Source: Mobula hypostoma (Eukaryota). From it: a stretch of DNA of 64,000 bases. A program made the position numbers and the translations under genes. This document shows positions 36,771 to 49,409 of the stretch, piece by piece (positions within the stretch are counted from its first letter, which is position 1; every line of letters begins with the position of its first letter). The DNA lies in contig NC_086097.1 of NCBI RefSeq assembly GCF_963921235.1, positions 116,810,001 through 116,874,000 on the forward strand, given 5' to 3'. The notes beneath the pieces were generated by a model. That model made no database searches. It saw only the letters and a list, made by a program, of their open reading frames with translations, and had not been told where the DNA came from.

Positions 36771-39271
36771 GAAATAAAACTGATTTCTGGCAGGCAATGA
36801 AATTTCAAGTTTCTGAAGATATTAGGATGGATTTTCCTAATGCATTTCCGGAGGTTCAGTGGAGAAGCATTGTCTCTTTGCGTGTGAGCATAAGCGTTCT
36901 AGACATTTGCACCAACACAGTGCACCATTTGTACCTACACCGTGCTTGATGTCAGATGAAGATGCGTATTGTTTAAAGCATGGCTCAGTAGTAAAGCTAA
37001 ATAGTAGGGGAGTGTGTTCAACAGATTGGAAAAGTATGGATAGCATGCAGGGGAAAGAGAACACAGGTGAAATTACTCAAGTCTCCAGAATGAAAGTTAA
37101 GGCACAAATTTTAGCAAAGGAGAAGAACTTAAATTCAGAAACATGGAGACCAATTTGAGAAAAGTAGTGGTGAATACAGAACTGACATTGTTTGAATGCA
37201 GGTGGTATAAGAAACAAGGTAGATGAGCTTACAGAGCAGTTAGAAAATAAAAGGTATCACAAATTCATTGCAGAAAGGTCTCAGGTGGGATCTAAATGTC
37301 CATGGATACACATCCTATTGAAACAATGGGAAAGTTGGCAGATGGGGAGTGATTACTGTTGGTGAAAAGTGAAATTAAATCTTCAGCAATAGTGACATAG
37401 GATCAGAAAATATAGAAACCTTGAGTGAAGGGTTAAGAAACTGCAAGGGTAAAAAAGACTCAGATGGGAGTTACAGTATATACAAGCTGAAGAACAGTAG
37501 CCAGGATGAGGAGTACACATTATAACAGGAGATAGAAAAGGCATATAAGAAAAACAATGTTACGGTTGTCATGAAAGACTTCAATATGCAGGTAGACTTG
37601 GTAGAGCAGATTGGCACTGCAATGTATGGATCTACTTTTAGAGCGATGACCCTTCTTAAAAGCACAGATTGAGCTGCTGTCTGCGCATGCGCTGTTGTCT
37701 CCACATGCACATTTCTCTCTCTCTCTCTTGTTGCAATATGAGTACACTCGTTAAAGATATCTCTCGTGTGTGTGCTTTTATTTGAATGATATGTAGTTGT
37801 GCACAGACACAACAAATTGGAGATGAGTACGAACCCGAATATCAGAAAATATCATGGACTGCACCGACAGTTATGGGATGAACAGTGTTAAATAGCGTGA
37901 GAAAGCTGAAGGACCTATGAGTAATAATGAAAGAAATGCTGAATTTAAAGTGAAAATAACATGGCGATGGCTTCAGTCGGGAAAGTTGATGAACTTGATA
38001 GCTCTAATGAAGGCTGCGAGTCGAATGTCGAGAGGGTTGAACTGTATTGTAATGTGAACAATGTGGAGGAGCAAAAGAAATCCTCTACAGTTTTTTGCTT
38101 TATGGACCCAAGAACGTACAGTCTCTTACACAACCTACATAACCTCTGATAAGCCAGCAAGCAAGGTGTTTAATCAAATTGTACAAAATCACTTAAGCCC
38201 TAAACTGCTAGTAATAACTAAGAGATTTAGATTTTACAAAAGGAACCAGTTAAAAGATGAAAGCCTTTCTGAATACATTGCAGGACTGCGCAAACTTTCC
38301 CAGTACTGTAACTTTAGAGATGGACTTTCCAATGCATTTGCAACAGGCTTGTATGTGGCATGCATAGTCAAAGCACTCAAAAGAGACCTAACCTTAGAAC
38401 AGGCACTGTCCATTGCAATATTGTTAGAGATTGCTGCAATGATTGCAGCAGAACTACTGAAAAGGGGTTAGAATGTTAAATGCACAAAATATCCCTGAAA
38501 GGTGCAAAAGCCCAAAATTAATCAAAGGGGCAAGTCCTCCCATGATGCAAATGACTGTTGGTCCAAAGAAGAACAAGGTCACATAGAAAGAATGTGCAAG
38601 GCAGACAAAAAGCACAATCGAGTAAAAAGTCTCAAAACTAAGGAAATGCATAAAGTTACTAAATGTAAAGCGGAATCAGATAACATGGAGTCTGACAATG
38701 GTGAACTGTCATGTCTAGAACTGCATAGTTCAACTGAAGCAGATCACAAAATCATTTGGATCACAATATATGTGTCCGGTGTAAAACTGAAAATGGAGCT
38801 GAATATAGGGTCAGCTTTGTCCATAATTCCAGAGGCTGATGATAACAGACTGTTTTCTAGGATACCAGTAGAGAAGACTTCAATGATGCTAAAGACCTAC
38901 GCATGTGAAAAGTGTCCTCCAAAGGAAAACTGAAGATAAATGTGATGTAGGGAGACCAAAACAGCAGTTAGCGCTTTATCTATTGAAAAATGGAGGACCA
39001 GCACTTTTCGGAGATGAATGGTTGAGAAAAATCCAACCAGACTGGCACTCAATCAAAGCTCTCAGTGTGGCATCAACAGGCAACGGCAGCCCAAATGATA
39101 GCGCTAACCAGAGACTGGCACAAATGCTTAATGCTAATGACAAGGTGTTTGAGAAGGGGATTGGTGAATTCAAAGGCATGAAGGCCAGAATTGAACTGGA
39201 TGAAACAGCAACACTGAGATTCCATAAAACATGTGTAATGCCTAAAGCACTATGCCCAAAAGTGCATAATT

Positions 39272-39307
39272 AGTCCTGACGAAGGGTCTTGGCCTGAAAT
39301 GTTGACT
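39272..39307 (+). ncRNA. Minimal type-I hammerhead ribozyme motif with CpG-type decay
   Basis: AGTC CTGACGA AGGGTCTTGGCCT GAAA TG TT GACT. Confidence 0.65.
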
Positions 39308-39441
39308 GCACCTCTCCCTAGAGATGCTGCCTGGCCTGCTGTGTTCACCAGCAACTTTTATGTGTGTTGCTTGAATTTCCAGCATCTGCAGAATTCCTGT
39401 TGTTTGCGTTTAAATTCACTACTGCGAAGCCTCTTCCGGTG

Positions 39442-42400
39442 ATGCCTACACCGAAGAAGTTTAGATCCTCTCTTCGACGGGAGTTCAGTGAAACCATCTC
39501 TCACTGCTCCCCATCTGTAATTTCTTCGTCTCTTCAACTTTTCAACCACACTTTGACTCAGACTCACTATCACAGCCATATATCCCTTCTTGGAACGTGC
39601 CTCCGTCGCCAACTTACTCCAGTTGGCTTTAGGATTCGTTTCCAAGCCTCTCAATTTGGACCTTCTGAGGATCCCAGGTACTCACATTTTATTGACTCTG
39701 CCTCTCGCCGCTTCTCCCGTCAAGCTCTGAAGGCGACTCTCTCCGCCATGAGGAGGTACTTGGTGTCCCTATCCCAGACCCTTCCACACCTTCGGGACAC
39801 TTTCTTCGCCGCCTGTAATGGTCCTACCCGTTATTTCATCCTCCGTCGGATTCACTCCTGCAATCGCCGTTTTTTTGACTTTGTCATGTTAGGCAAAGAT
39901 CGCAAGATCCTACATCTACAGACTCCAGAGCCTGCTGGCCATGAAACTAGCAGGCATGAACTTCAGATTGCGGCTTCTGCCATTGATCTCGCCGGCTCCT
40001 GCACCTCAGGGCATATTCAAAACCCGGACTCCGGCAACGACCATGGAGACATTCAACCACCAACTGAGACTCCAGCCTTGAACTCCAGGCTGGGTCTTTA
40101 TGTGCTGCTATTGTGACTCCCGTCTCCCCTTCCCCCACCGATACTCTGCAACTCCATCTCCATCAGATCCCACTGTCAACTCCTGGGCCCTCAGAGGCTC
40201 CATCTTCCTCTCACCCCAATCCTCCCCTCTCCACTGACACCCCCAGCCTCCCCACTCCCGCCTCTGATCCCAGCTCTCAAGATTCCAGCCTTGAACTCCA
40301 GGCCGGGTCTTTATGTGCTGCTATTGTGACTCCCGTCTCCCGTTCCCCCACCAATACTCTGCAATCCCATCTCCCTCAGATCCCACCGTCAGCTCCTGGG
40401 CCCTCAGAGGCTCCATCTTCCTCTCACCCCAACCCTCCCCTCTCCATTGACACCCCCAGCCTCCCCCCTCCCCCCTCTGATCCCAGCTCTCATCCATGCC
40501 GGGTCTTTACCATCCCCTCCAACCTTCAACTGTCGGAGACAGAGCGCACTGTCCTCAGTAAGGGCCTCACCTTTGTCCCCCTTCACCCACACATCAGCGA
40601 GTTCCGTGTTCGCCATGATGCGGAACTTTTCTTCCGCTGTCTCCGTCTCCAAGCTGACTTCTTCGGCAAGGACTCTTCCACCCCCACCGATCACCCCTTC
40701 TCCCATCTTCAACCCTCCTCTTCTTCATGGACACCCCGCTCTGGTCTTCTGCCTGCTCTGGATCTCTTTATCGCTAACTGCCAACGGGACATCAACCATC
40801 TCGACTTTACCGCACCTTGTCCCCATTCCAACCTCACTCCTTCAGAATGCTCTGCTCTCCACTCCCTCTGCACTAATCCTAACCTTATTATTAAACCCGC
40901 CGATAAGGGGGGTGCTGTTGTAGTCTGGCGTACTGACCTTTACCTTGCTGAGGCACAGCGACAACTCGCGGATACCTCCTCTTATTTACCCCATTAAGGA
41001 GCACCAGGCCATTGTCTCCCACACCATCCCCGACTTCATCCGCTCAGGGGATGTCCAATCCACTGCTACCAACCTTACAGTTCCCACACCTCGCACTTCC
41101 CGTTTCTACCTCCTACCCAAGATCCACAAACCTGCCTGTCTTGGCCGACCTATTGTCTCAGCTTGCTCCTGTCCCACCGAACGCGTTTCTGCATACCTCG
41201 ACACGGTTTTATCCCCCCTTGTTCAATCCCTTCCAACCTATCTTCGTGAAACTTCTCACGCTCTTAAACTTTTCGATGATTTTAAGTTCCCTGGCCCCCA
41301 CCGCTTTATTTTCACCATGGATGTCCAGTCCCTATATACTTCGATCCCCCATCAGGAAGGTCTCAAAGCTCTACGCTTCTTTTTGGATTCCAGACCTAAT
41401 CAGTTCCCCTCTACCACCACTCTGCTCCGTCTAGCGGAATTAGTCCTTACTCTTAATAATTTCTCCTTTTGCTCCTCCCATTTCCTCCAAACTAAAGGTG
41501 TAGCTATGGGCACCCGTATGGGTCCTAGCTATGCCTGCCTTTTTGTTGAGTTTGTGGAACAATCTATGTTCCGTGCCTATTCTGGTATCTGTCCCCCACT
41601 TTTCCTTCGCTACATCGACGACTGCATTGGCGCTGCTTCCTGCACGCATGCAGAACTCGTTGACTTTATTAACTTTGCCTCCAACTTTCACCCTGGCCTC
41701 AAGTTTACCTGGTCCATTTCCGACACCTCCCTCCCCTTTCTAGATCTTTCGGTCTCTGTCTCTGGAGACAGCTTATCCACTGATGTCTACTATAAGCCTA
41801 CTGACTCTCACAGCTATCTGGACTATTCCTCTTCTCACCCTGTCTCTTGCAAAAACGCCATCCCCTTCTCTCAATTCCTCCGTCTCCGCCGCATCTGCTC
41901 TCAGGATGAGGCTTTACATTCTAGGACGAGGGAAATGTCTTCTTTTTTTAAAGAAAGGGGCTTCCCTTCCTCCACTATCAACTCTGCTCTTAAACGCATC
42001 TCCCCCATTTCACGTACATCTGCTCTCACTCCATCCTCCCGCCACCCCACTAGGAATAGGGTTCCCCTGGTTCTCACCTACCACCCCACCAGCCTCCGGG
42101 TCCAACATATTATTCTCCGTAACTTCCGCCACCTCCAACGGGATCCCACCACTAAGCACATCTTTCCCTCCCACCGTCTCTATGTATTCCGCAGGGATCG
42201 CTCTCTACGCAACTCCCTTGTCCATTCGTCCCCCCCATCCCTCCCCACTGATCTCCCTCCTGGCACTTATCCGTGTAAGCGGAACAAGTGCTACACATGC
42301 CCTTACACTTCCTCCCTTACCACCATTCAGGGCCCCGAACAGTCCTTCCAGGTGAGGCAACACTTCACCTGTGAATCTGCTGGGGTGATATACTGCGTCC

Positions 42401-42843
42401 GGTGCTCCCGATGTGGCCTCTTATATATTGGCGAGACCCGACGCAGACTGGGAGACCGCTTTGCTGAACATATACGCTCTGTCCGCCAGAGAAAGCAGGA
42501 TCTCCCAGTGGCCACACATTTTAATTCCACATCCCATTCCCATTCTGACATGTCTATCTACGGCCTCCTCTACGGTAAAGATGAAGCCACACTCAGGTTG
42601 GAGGAACAACACCTTATATTCCGTCTGGGTAGCCTCCAACCTGATGGCATGAACATTGACTTCTCTAACTTCCGCTCAGGCCCCATCTCCCCCTCGTACC
42701 CCATCTGTTACTTATTTTTATGCACACATTCTTTCTCTCAATCTCCTTTTTCTCCCTCTGTCCCTCTGAATATACCCCTTGCCCATCCTCTGGGTCCCCC
42801 CCCACACCTCCTTGTCTTTCTTCCTGGACCTCCTGTCCCATGA
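39442..42843 (+). pseudogene. Penelope-like polyprotein (N-terminal domain, RT, Cys linker, GIY-YIG endonuclease), split over three frames
   Basis: LSKGLTF, IIKPADKGGAVVV, YLLPKIHK, GRPIVS, TMDVQSLYTSI, GVAMG, RYIDD, CKRNKCYTC, VIYC..C..C.LLYIGET; frame breaks near 40060 and 40990. Start codon is a best guess. Confidence 0.93.
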
Positions 42844-42977
42844 TCCTCTCGTATCCCTTTTGCCTATCACCTGTCCAGCTCTTGGCTCCATCCCTCCCCC
42901 TCCTGTCTTCTCCTATCATTTTGGATCTCCCCCTCCCCCTCCAACTTTCAAATCCCTTACTCACTCTTCCTTCAGTT

Positions 42978-43013
42978 AGTCCTGACGAAGGATCTCGGCC
43001 TGAAACGTCGACT
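42978..43013 (+). ncRNA. Minimal type-I hammerhead ribozyme motif, intact core
   Basis: AGTC CTGACGA AGGATCTCGGCCT GAAA CG TC|GACT; stem I AGTC/GACT; predicted cleavage after C43009. Confidence 0.85.
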
Positions 43014-46000
43014 GCACCTCTTCCTAGAGATGCTGCCTGGCCTGCTGCGTTCACCAGCAACTTTTACGTGCGTTGCCCAAAAGTGGATGCTGACCTCCAG
43101 AGCTTGGAGACATCTGGAATTCTCTCCATGGTTGAGTAGAGTGATTGGGTCATGCCAATTGTCCCAGTTATCAATGAAGGGAAAGGAGGAGCCATTCGCA
43201 AATGTGGGGATTTCAAGGTTAGCATCAGCCTGGTGCTGGGTACTGTGCAGTATCCCCTGCCACATTTAGAAGACATTTTTGCATCTTTGGCAGGTGAGGT
43301 GAGGTTTTCAAAGGCTGACTTGTCATAAGCCTATCTGCAAATGGAGACTGAGCAGTCAAGCAGTAAGTTCCTCACAATCAATACTCACAAGGGACTGTTC
43401 CAGTATAATTGTCTCATCTTTGGCATTGCATCAGCTCCAGCAATTTGGCAAAGAGCAATGGAGCAAGTGTTCCAAGATATCCCAGGAACACAATGTTACT
43501 TTGACCGCCAAAAATGATGACGAGCACCTGCAGAATGTTGGTAAAGTGCTTACCAGGCTGAGTAAGTATGGTCTGCATGCAAAGAGGGAGAAATGTGAGT
43601 TTTTCAAGAATAAAATCTCATATTGTGGACATGTGATTGACAAGCATGGCTTACATAAGTCACAAGAGAAGACTGAAGCAGTGCTACAGGCACCCAAACC
43701 AGAGAATGTTCACAACTCAGGTCATACTTGGGGCTTATAAACTACTACCACAGGTTTCTCCCAAACATTGCTACAGTGCGGCATCAATTGAATGCACTGT
43801 TACAGACAGAAGCACAGTGGTCAGAAAGATGTTAAAAAGCGTACAAGGAAATAAAGGGACTAATAATATCTGATGAACTACTCACCCATTATGATCCAGC
43901 CCTGCCCATCAGACTGGCATGCAATGTGTCTTCGAATGGCATTGGAGCGGTTTTGTCACACATCATGAAAAATGGATCTGAATGCTTGATTGCGTTTGCA
44001 TCAAGATCACTGATGAGTGCAGAATGCAACGACACACAGATCAACAAAGAGACCCTTGGTCTAGTGTGGGTAATAAAGAAGTTCCCCCACTACCTCCACA
44101 GACAAAGGTTTACACTAGTGACAGATCACCAACCCCTTGTGTCCATTTTCAATCCCAGGAAGGGAATTCCAGTGATGACTGCAACCCTGTACAACGTTGG
44201 GCACTATTCCTAGGAGCCCACTCTCATGACACAGAGTTCAAGGGTACCAAACAACACAGCAACACTGATGATTTGTCACTTCTTCCACTATTGGCAGCTG
44301 AAGAAAAGGAAGTCTTCTTACTGTGACCCAGCAGAAGTGTTCCACACTGCATTGGTGGACCAGTTGCCGGTATCAAATTCTGAAATACAAAGGGAAACAA
44401 GAAATGATCCGACATGGTCAAAAGTCTAGGAAATCACCATGCGAGGATGGCCAATGCATGTTAACCCTATGTTTCCAGGGTTCTTGGCGACATGAGGTGT
44501 TGTGGTTCCCTCTAAGTTGCACACCAAAGTGTTAGAAGGTCTTCATGAAGGACACCTGGCTACAGTCAAGATGAACAGTCTTGCCTGGAGCAATGATTGG
44601 TGGGTGGGAACAGATAAATAGATTGGAAACTCGGCCAAAAGCTGTGCAGAGTGCCAGAAGTTCAACATGCACCCCCTCGAGCACCGTTACACCCATGGGA
44701 GTGTCCATCATCACCATGGCAAAGAGTACACATCAACTTCGCTGGGCCATTCATGGGCTTCATGCTTCTGATTGCTGTGGATGCTCATCTGAAGTGGCCG
44801 GAGGCTATACCGATGAAGTCAACAACCTCAGCACAGACTATCTCCACTCTGAAGACTATCTTCACCAGAAATGGCTTACTAGAACAAATTGTGAGTGACA
44901 ACAGACCACAGTACATGCCTGTGAATTTTCATTGTTTATGAAGAAAAATCCTATCAGACATTTCAAGCCAGCTCCTCACCACCCAGCAATGAATAGGTTA
45001 GCTGAAAGGTTTACCCAAACCTTCGAGGAGTCCATTAAAGTGATGGACAAGGAGGACATTTCTCTACAGCACAAGGTGGACAGCTTCCTTGTTTTGTATC
45101 CGAATTCTGGTCATGCAGCAAATGTTGTTCATGAGCAGGAATCTGAGATCTTGCATAGCCCTCCTGAAACCAGATCTATGGAGGGAAGTGCAGAATAAAC
45201 AGTTCAGCCAGTTGCTAAGTGAAGCAGCAAGGAGCTTCAAGATTGGACAGGAAGTCCCAGTGCACGAATACTGAGGAGACAAGTGGTTAGCTACAAGAAC
45301 TGGAACACCGATGTACACAGTGGATGTTGGAGATCAGACATAGAGACATCAGGTGGACCAGATACTAGATGCTCAACCAAAGAACACACCCGAGTAATTT
45401 CTATCCAACAAGATGGACACATCTCAGTCCCCGAACTTATCTCTCAGTGATGATCATGTCGCTGACAGTAGTGTGACACCAGAAACCGAGAACATTGTCC
45501 AAACAAGACACCTAGCAAACCTAATGCCACTCCACAAGTCCAGAGGTGTGATAATGACATCATCATTGATAAGACTCCTCCTGCCAAGCCTGATGCCGCT
45601 GCACAGGTACTACCCGGAACGAAACACCAAAAAGACTGAATCTAGAACTGTGAATTTATAATGGACTGTTATTGTGAAAGGATGTTTATTTGGAACATGG
45701 GTTATGAAAGGGAAATTGAATGTTTTGTACATGTACAGTTTATGTTGCATTAATCAAAAGGGGGAGGAAGTGCAATGTATGGATTTATTTCCTTTAGAGC
45801 AATGAACCCCCCGTAGCATTATGTACTGATCTGTTGTCTAGCCATGTGCATTTTTCTGTCTCTCTTGTTACAATTTGAATACCCCAGTTAAAGCCATCTT
45901 CTGTGTGTGTGCTTTTAGTCAATTGATATGTAGTTGTGCAGACATAACAGGTGCTGCATCGCAACAGAAGGTATTTGTAGAATGCCTACAAGATAGTTTT

Positions 46001-47714
46001 TTTAGAGTAGCGTATGGCTGTGCTCACCAGGGAAAACACAATTGTTGATTTCTTATTGGGCAATGGACAAGATTTGATTAGGCAGCTTAAGGTAAAAGAA
46101 GCCTTATGAGGCAGTGATCATAATATGGTCGAATTCACTCTGCAGCCTGAGAGGGAGAAGCTGAAATCAGATCTGTTGGTATTACAGCTGAGCATATGTG
46201 ACTCCAGAGGCATAGGAGAAGGGATTGCCGAAATTGATGGGAAGGAGACACATGGAGGGATGATGGTAGAACAGCAAAGGCTGGGAGTCATTCAGAAGAC
46301 ACAGGATCAGTTCATCCCAGCGAAAAAGAAACATTCTAAAGGGAGTATGAGAGAACTGTGACAGTTAAGATAAGTTAGTCAGCATAATTCAAAAGAGAGG
46401 GCACAAAATATTGCAAAAATTAGCAGGAAATGAGAGGAGAGGAAAGCTTTTAAAAAGCAATTGAAGGCAACTAATAACACAATAGCAGGGGGAAGATGAA
46501 ATATGAAGGAATTCCAGTCATAATATAAAAGAGGATACTAGAATTGTTTTTCAGATATTCAGTGAGTAAAAATGAGGCAAGAGTGGACATTGGACAACTG
46601 GAAGGTGACACTAGAAAGGTAATAATGAGGGAGCAAAGAGATGGTGGATCTACTGAAAAGGTATTTTGCATCAGATTTTTACTGTGGAAGATACCAGCAA
46701 CATGCCAGATATTTGCGAGTGTTGGGAGGCAGAAGTAAGTGTAGTCACTATTACAAAGGAGTAGGTGGCTGGGAAACTATAAAGTTTGAAGATGGGTAAG
46801 CCATCCGGACTGGACAGACTACACTCCAGTGTTCTGAACAAAGTTGCTGAAGAGTTTGTGGAGGAGTTAACAATGATCCTACAAGAATCACTGGGTTTTG
46901 GAATGGTTTGGAAGACTAGAAAATCGGAGGAGGCACCACTCTCTCAGAAAGGAGTGATACAGAAAAACAGGAATTTATAGGCTGTTTAACCTGATTTTGG
47001 TGGTTTGTAAAAGTTTAGACTTCATTGCTAAGGATGAGGTTTTGGAGTACTTGGAAGCAATAGGCCGAAGTCAGCATGATTTCCTGACGGGAAATATTGC
47101 CTAACAGATCTTTTGGAATTTTTTGAGGAAGTAACAAGCAGGATTGATGAAGGAAAATTAGTGAATATTGCTTGCTTTGATTTTCCGAAGGCCTTGACAA
47201 AGTCCCACATATGGGGCTGCTAAAAAGAGAGAACAGGTGCCAGCATGGGTAAAAAATTGGCTGACTGGCAAAAGGCAAGGTGTATGAATAATAGTTGGCT
47301 GCTGGTGAGTAGTGGTGTCCCGCAGGGGTTGATGTTGTTTTCTATTTCTTTCCATGTTGTACACCACTGATCTGGATGGCAGAATTGATGACTTTATGGC
47401 CAAATTTGCAGATGATATAAATGCAGGTGGAGGGGTAGTTCATGTTCAGGAAGCAGAGCGTCTGCAGAACTACTTAGACAGGTTGGGAGAATACACAGAG
47501 AAGTGTCAGATGTAAAATAGTGTAAGGAAGGGTGTAAGTCATGCACTTTGGTAGAAGGAATAAGTGTGCAGGCTATTTTATACGTGGGAGGATATTCAGA
47601 AAGCAGGGGTGCAGAGGCTCTGGACCCCTAGTGCAGAATTCCCTAAAGGTTGACTTGTAGGTTGAGTTGGTAGTAAGGAAGGTAAATGCAATGTTAGCAA
47701 CCTTGTTGAGAGTA

Positions 47715-49304
47715 CAGGTTTCCCCTGCCATCCGAAGGTAGAGCATTCCTATGAAACGGTTCGTAAGCCGAAATGTCGTAAAGCGAAGAAGCAATTACCA
47801 TTTATTTATATGGGAAAATTTTGTGAGCATTCGCAGACCCAACAATAACCTACCAAATCATGCCAAATAACATATAAAACCTAAAATAACAGTAACATAT
47901 AGTAAAAGCAGGAATGATATGATAAATTCACAGCCTATATAAAGTAGAAATACTTCTCTACAACGATTGCCTGAACAGATCTCCGTAGCGAAAACCTCAC
48001 GCAAGCGCTGTCGGCAGAAAATCTCACGCAAGTGCCGTTGGCATAAACGCGCTCTCCAGTGACTTTTAAACTATGAAGCTGCCAAATCTACCAAATAACA
48101 CATTAAAATACACAGCCTATATAAAATAGAAATAATGTGTGTACAGTGTAGTATCACTTATGGGAATTGGGAAGACATCGAGCATACTGATGATGGTGTG
48201 TTAGACTGAGTCGTCGCAGGCTAGGTGATGCAGTGGTCTCCACCCTCCGGGCTGCTGACCGGATACATTGCCGCGAAGCATGCAGGGGTAGCCGAGAGGC
48301 ACACAGCACATCGTTAAGAAAAAAGCTGAAATAAACATGCTAATTAATTAGGTGCTGCCCAGCACGTAAATGTCGGTGCAGATCAGAGGCGATTGCCGAT
48401 TGCATTGGCACTGATCTGGGTGGACAATTACGTGCTAGGCGGCACCTAATTAATTAGCATGTTCATTTTGGCTTTTTTCTTAAAGATGTGCTGTGTGTCT
48501 CCTGGCTTCCCCTGCATTCTCCGCGAATCAGTACAGTATCTGTCCGGGGCCCGGGGGTTGGGGTGGTGGGACACGGGGGTGTCATCTCATCGTCGATCAG
48601 GGCAGGCAGCTCATCTTCTCCTATGACTGCCCGCCTTGATGTCGAAGATCAGGGTTCGTCGTCTGCTGTGGCTGATGTGGAAGTCTTGCTTGACTGCTGA
48701 GCCTCGCGCGTTTTTATATCACACAGTTGTTTGTAAGGACTCAAAATATCCTCCAAATATCCCCTAAACCTACGTACCCTTTAAAAATTAAAGTTGTACT
48801 TTATCATTGCAGCAAAAATCTCACGCAGTTGCTTTACTTTCTGCATTCAGTTGAATTCGGTTTCGATTGTTATCCTTTCCTCTTCCAATTGCATCCACTC
48901 TTCTTCTATCAGTTCTTGGTTATGGGATGCCGAAACCTCTTCAACATCATCTTCGTCAGCTTCCACAAGCCAAGCTCACTTTGTCCTTGCTTCATTCACC
49001 ATGATCGAAACGTTTAATTATGTCTAGTTTTACGCTAAGTGTAACACCCTTACAAGCTCTTTCAGGCTTTTCCGACACCTTAGAACTCATCTTGCAAACG
49101 GCTGCTCACAGGCTCGTGTTTAAGCAACGCCGTTCGGAATCCGGGGGCGAGCGGCTGCTCGGGGTATGCGCTGCCTTTTATCGCGCGCTGCCTTTCTTCG
49201 TAACAGTGCAAACACCTTCTGAAAGCAAAAGCAGGGTACTAATGTAGGTCTTTTGTAACAGTGAGGTTTCGTAAAACGAACATTCGAAAAGCGGGGGACA
49301 CCTG
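47715..49304 (-). mobile_element. Tigger/pogo-family non-autonomous DNA transposon
   Basis: About 22-bp imperfect TIRs CAGGTTTCCCCTGC / GCGGGGGACACCTG; TA TSD at 47713-14 and 49305-06; minus-strand remnant EADEDDVEE..ASHNQEL..EE..QLEEE...LREIFAA...PYKQL resembling a Tigger transposase C-terminus (about 48720-48970). Confidence 0.88.
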
Positions 49305-49409
49305 TATAGGAATATAAAAACAAGATATAATGCTAAAGTTTTATGAGGCACTGGTCAGATAACATTTGCAGTATTGTGAGCAGTTTTTATTTACTTACAT
49401 TTATGTTAG

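Larger units (their letters stand above)
39268..43073 (+). mobile_element. Near full-length Penelope-like element (Neptune-type) with direct pLTRs
   Basis: 5' partial pLTR at 39270, 3' pLTR to 43073; 15-bp flanking duplication TGCCCAAAAGTG(C/G)AT at 39253-39267 and 43074-43088. Confidence 0.96.
37618..45949 (+). mobile_element. Ty3/Gypsy LTR retrotransposon, complete but decayed
   Basis: LTRs 37618-37814 and 45771-45949 (TGCAATGTATGGAT...AACA); decayed PBS after the 5' LTR; PPT AAAAGGGGGAGGAAG 45756-45770; TSD GGCAC/GGTGC; gag (RFRFYKRNQ), protease (MELNIGSALSII), RT, RNase H (IAFASRSL, LVTDHQPL), integrase (PWQRVHINFAGP) in Gypsy order. Confidence 0.95.
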
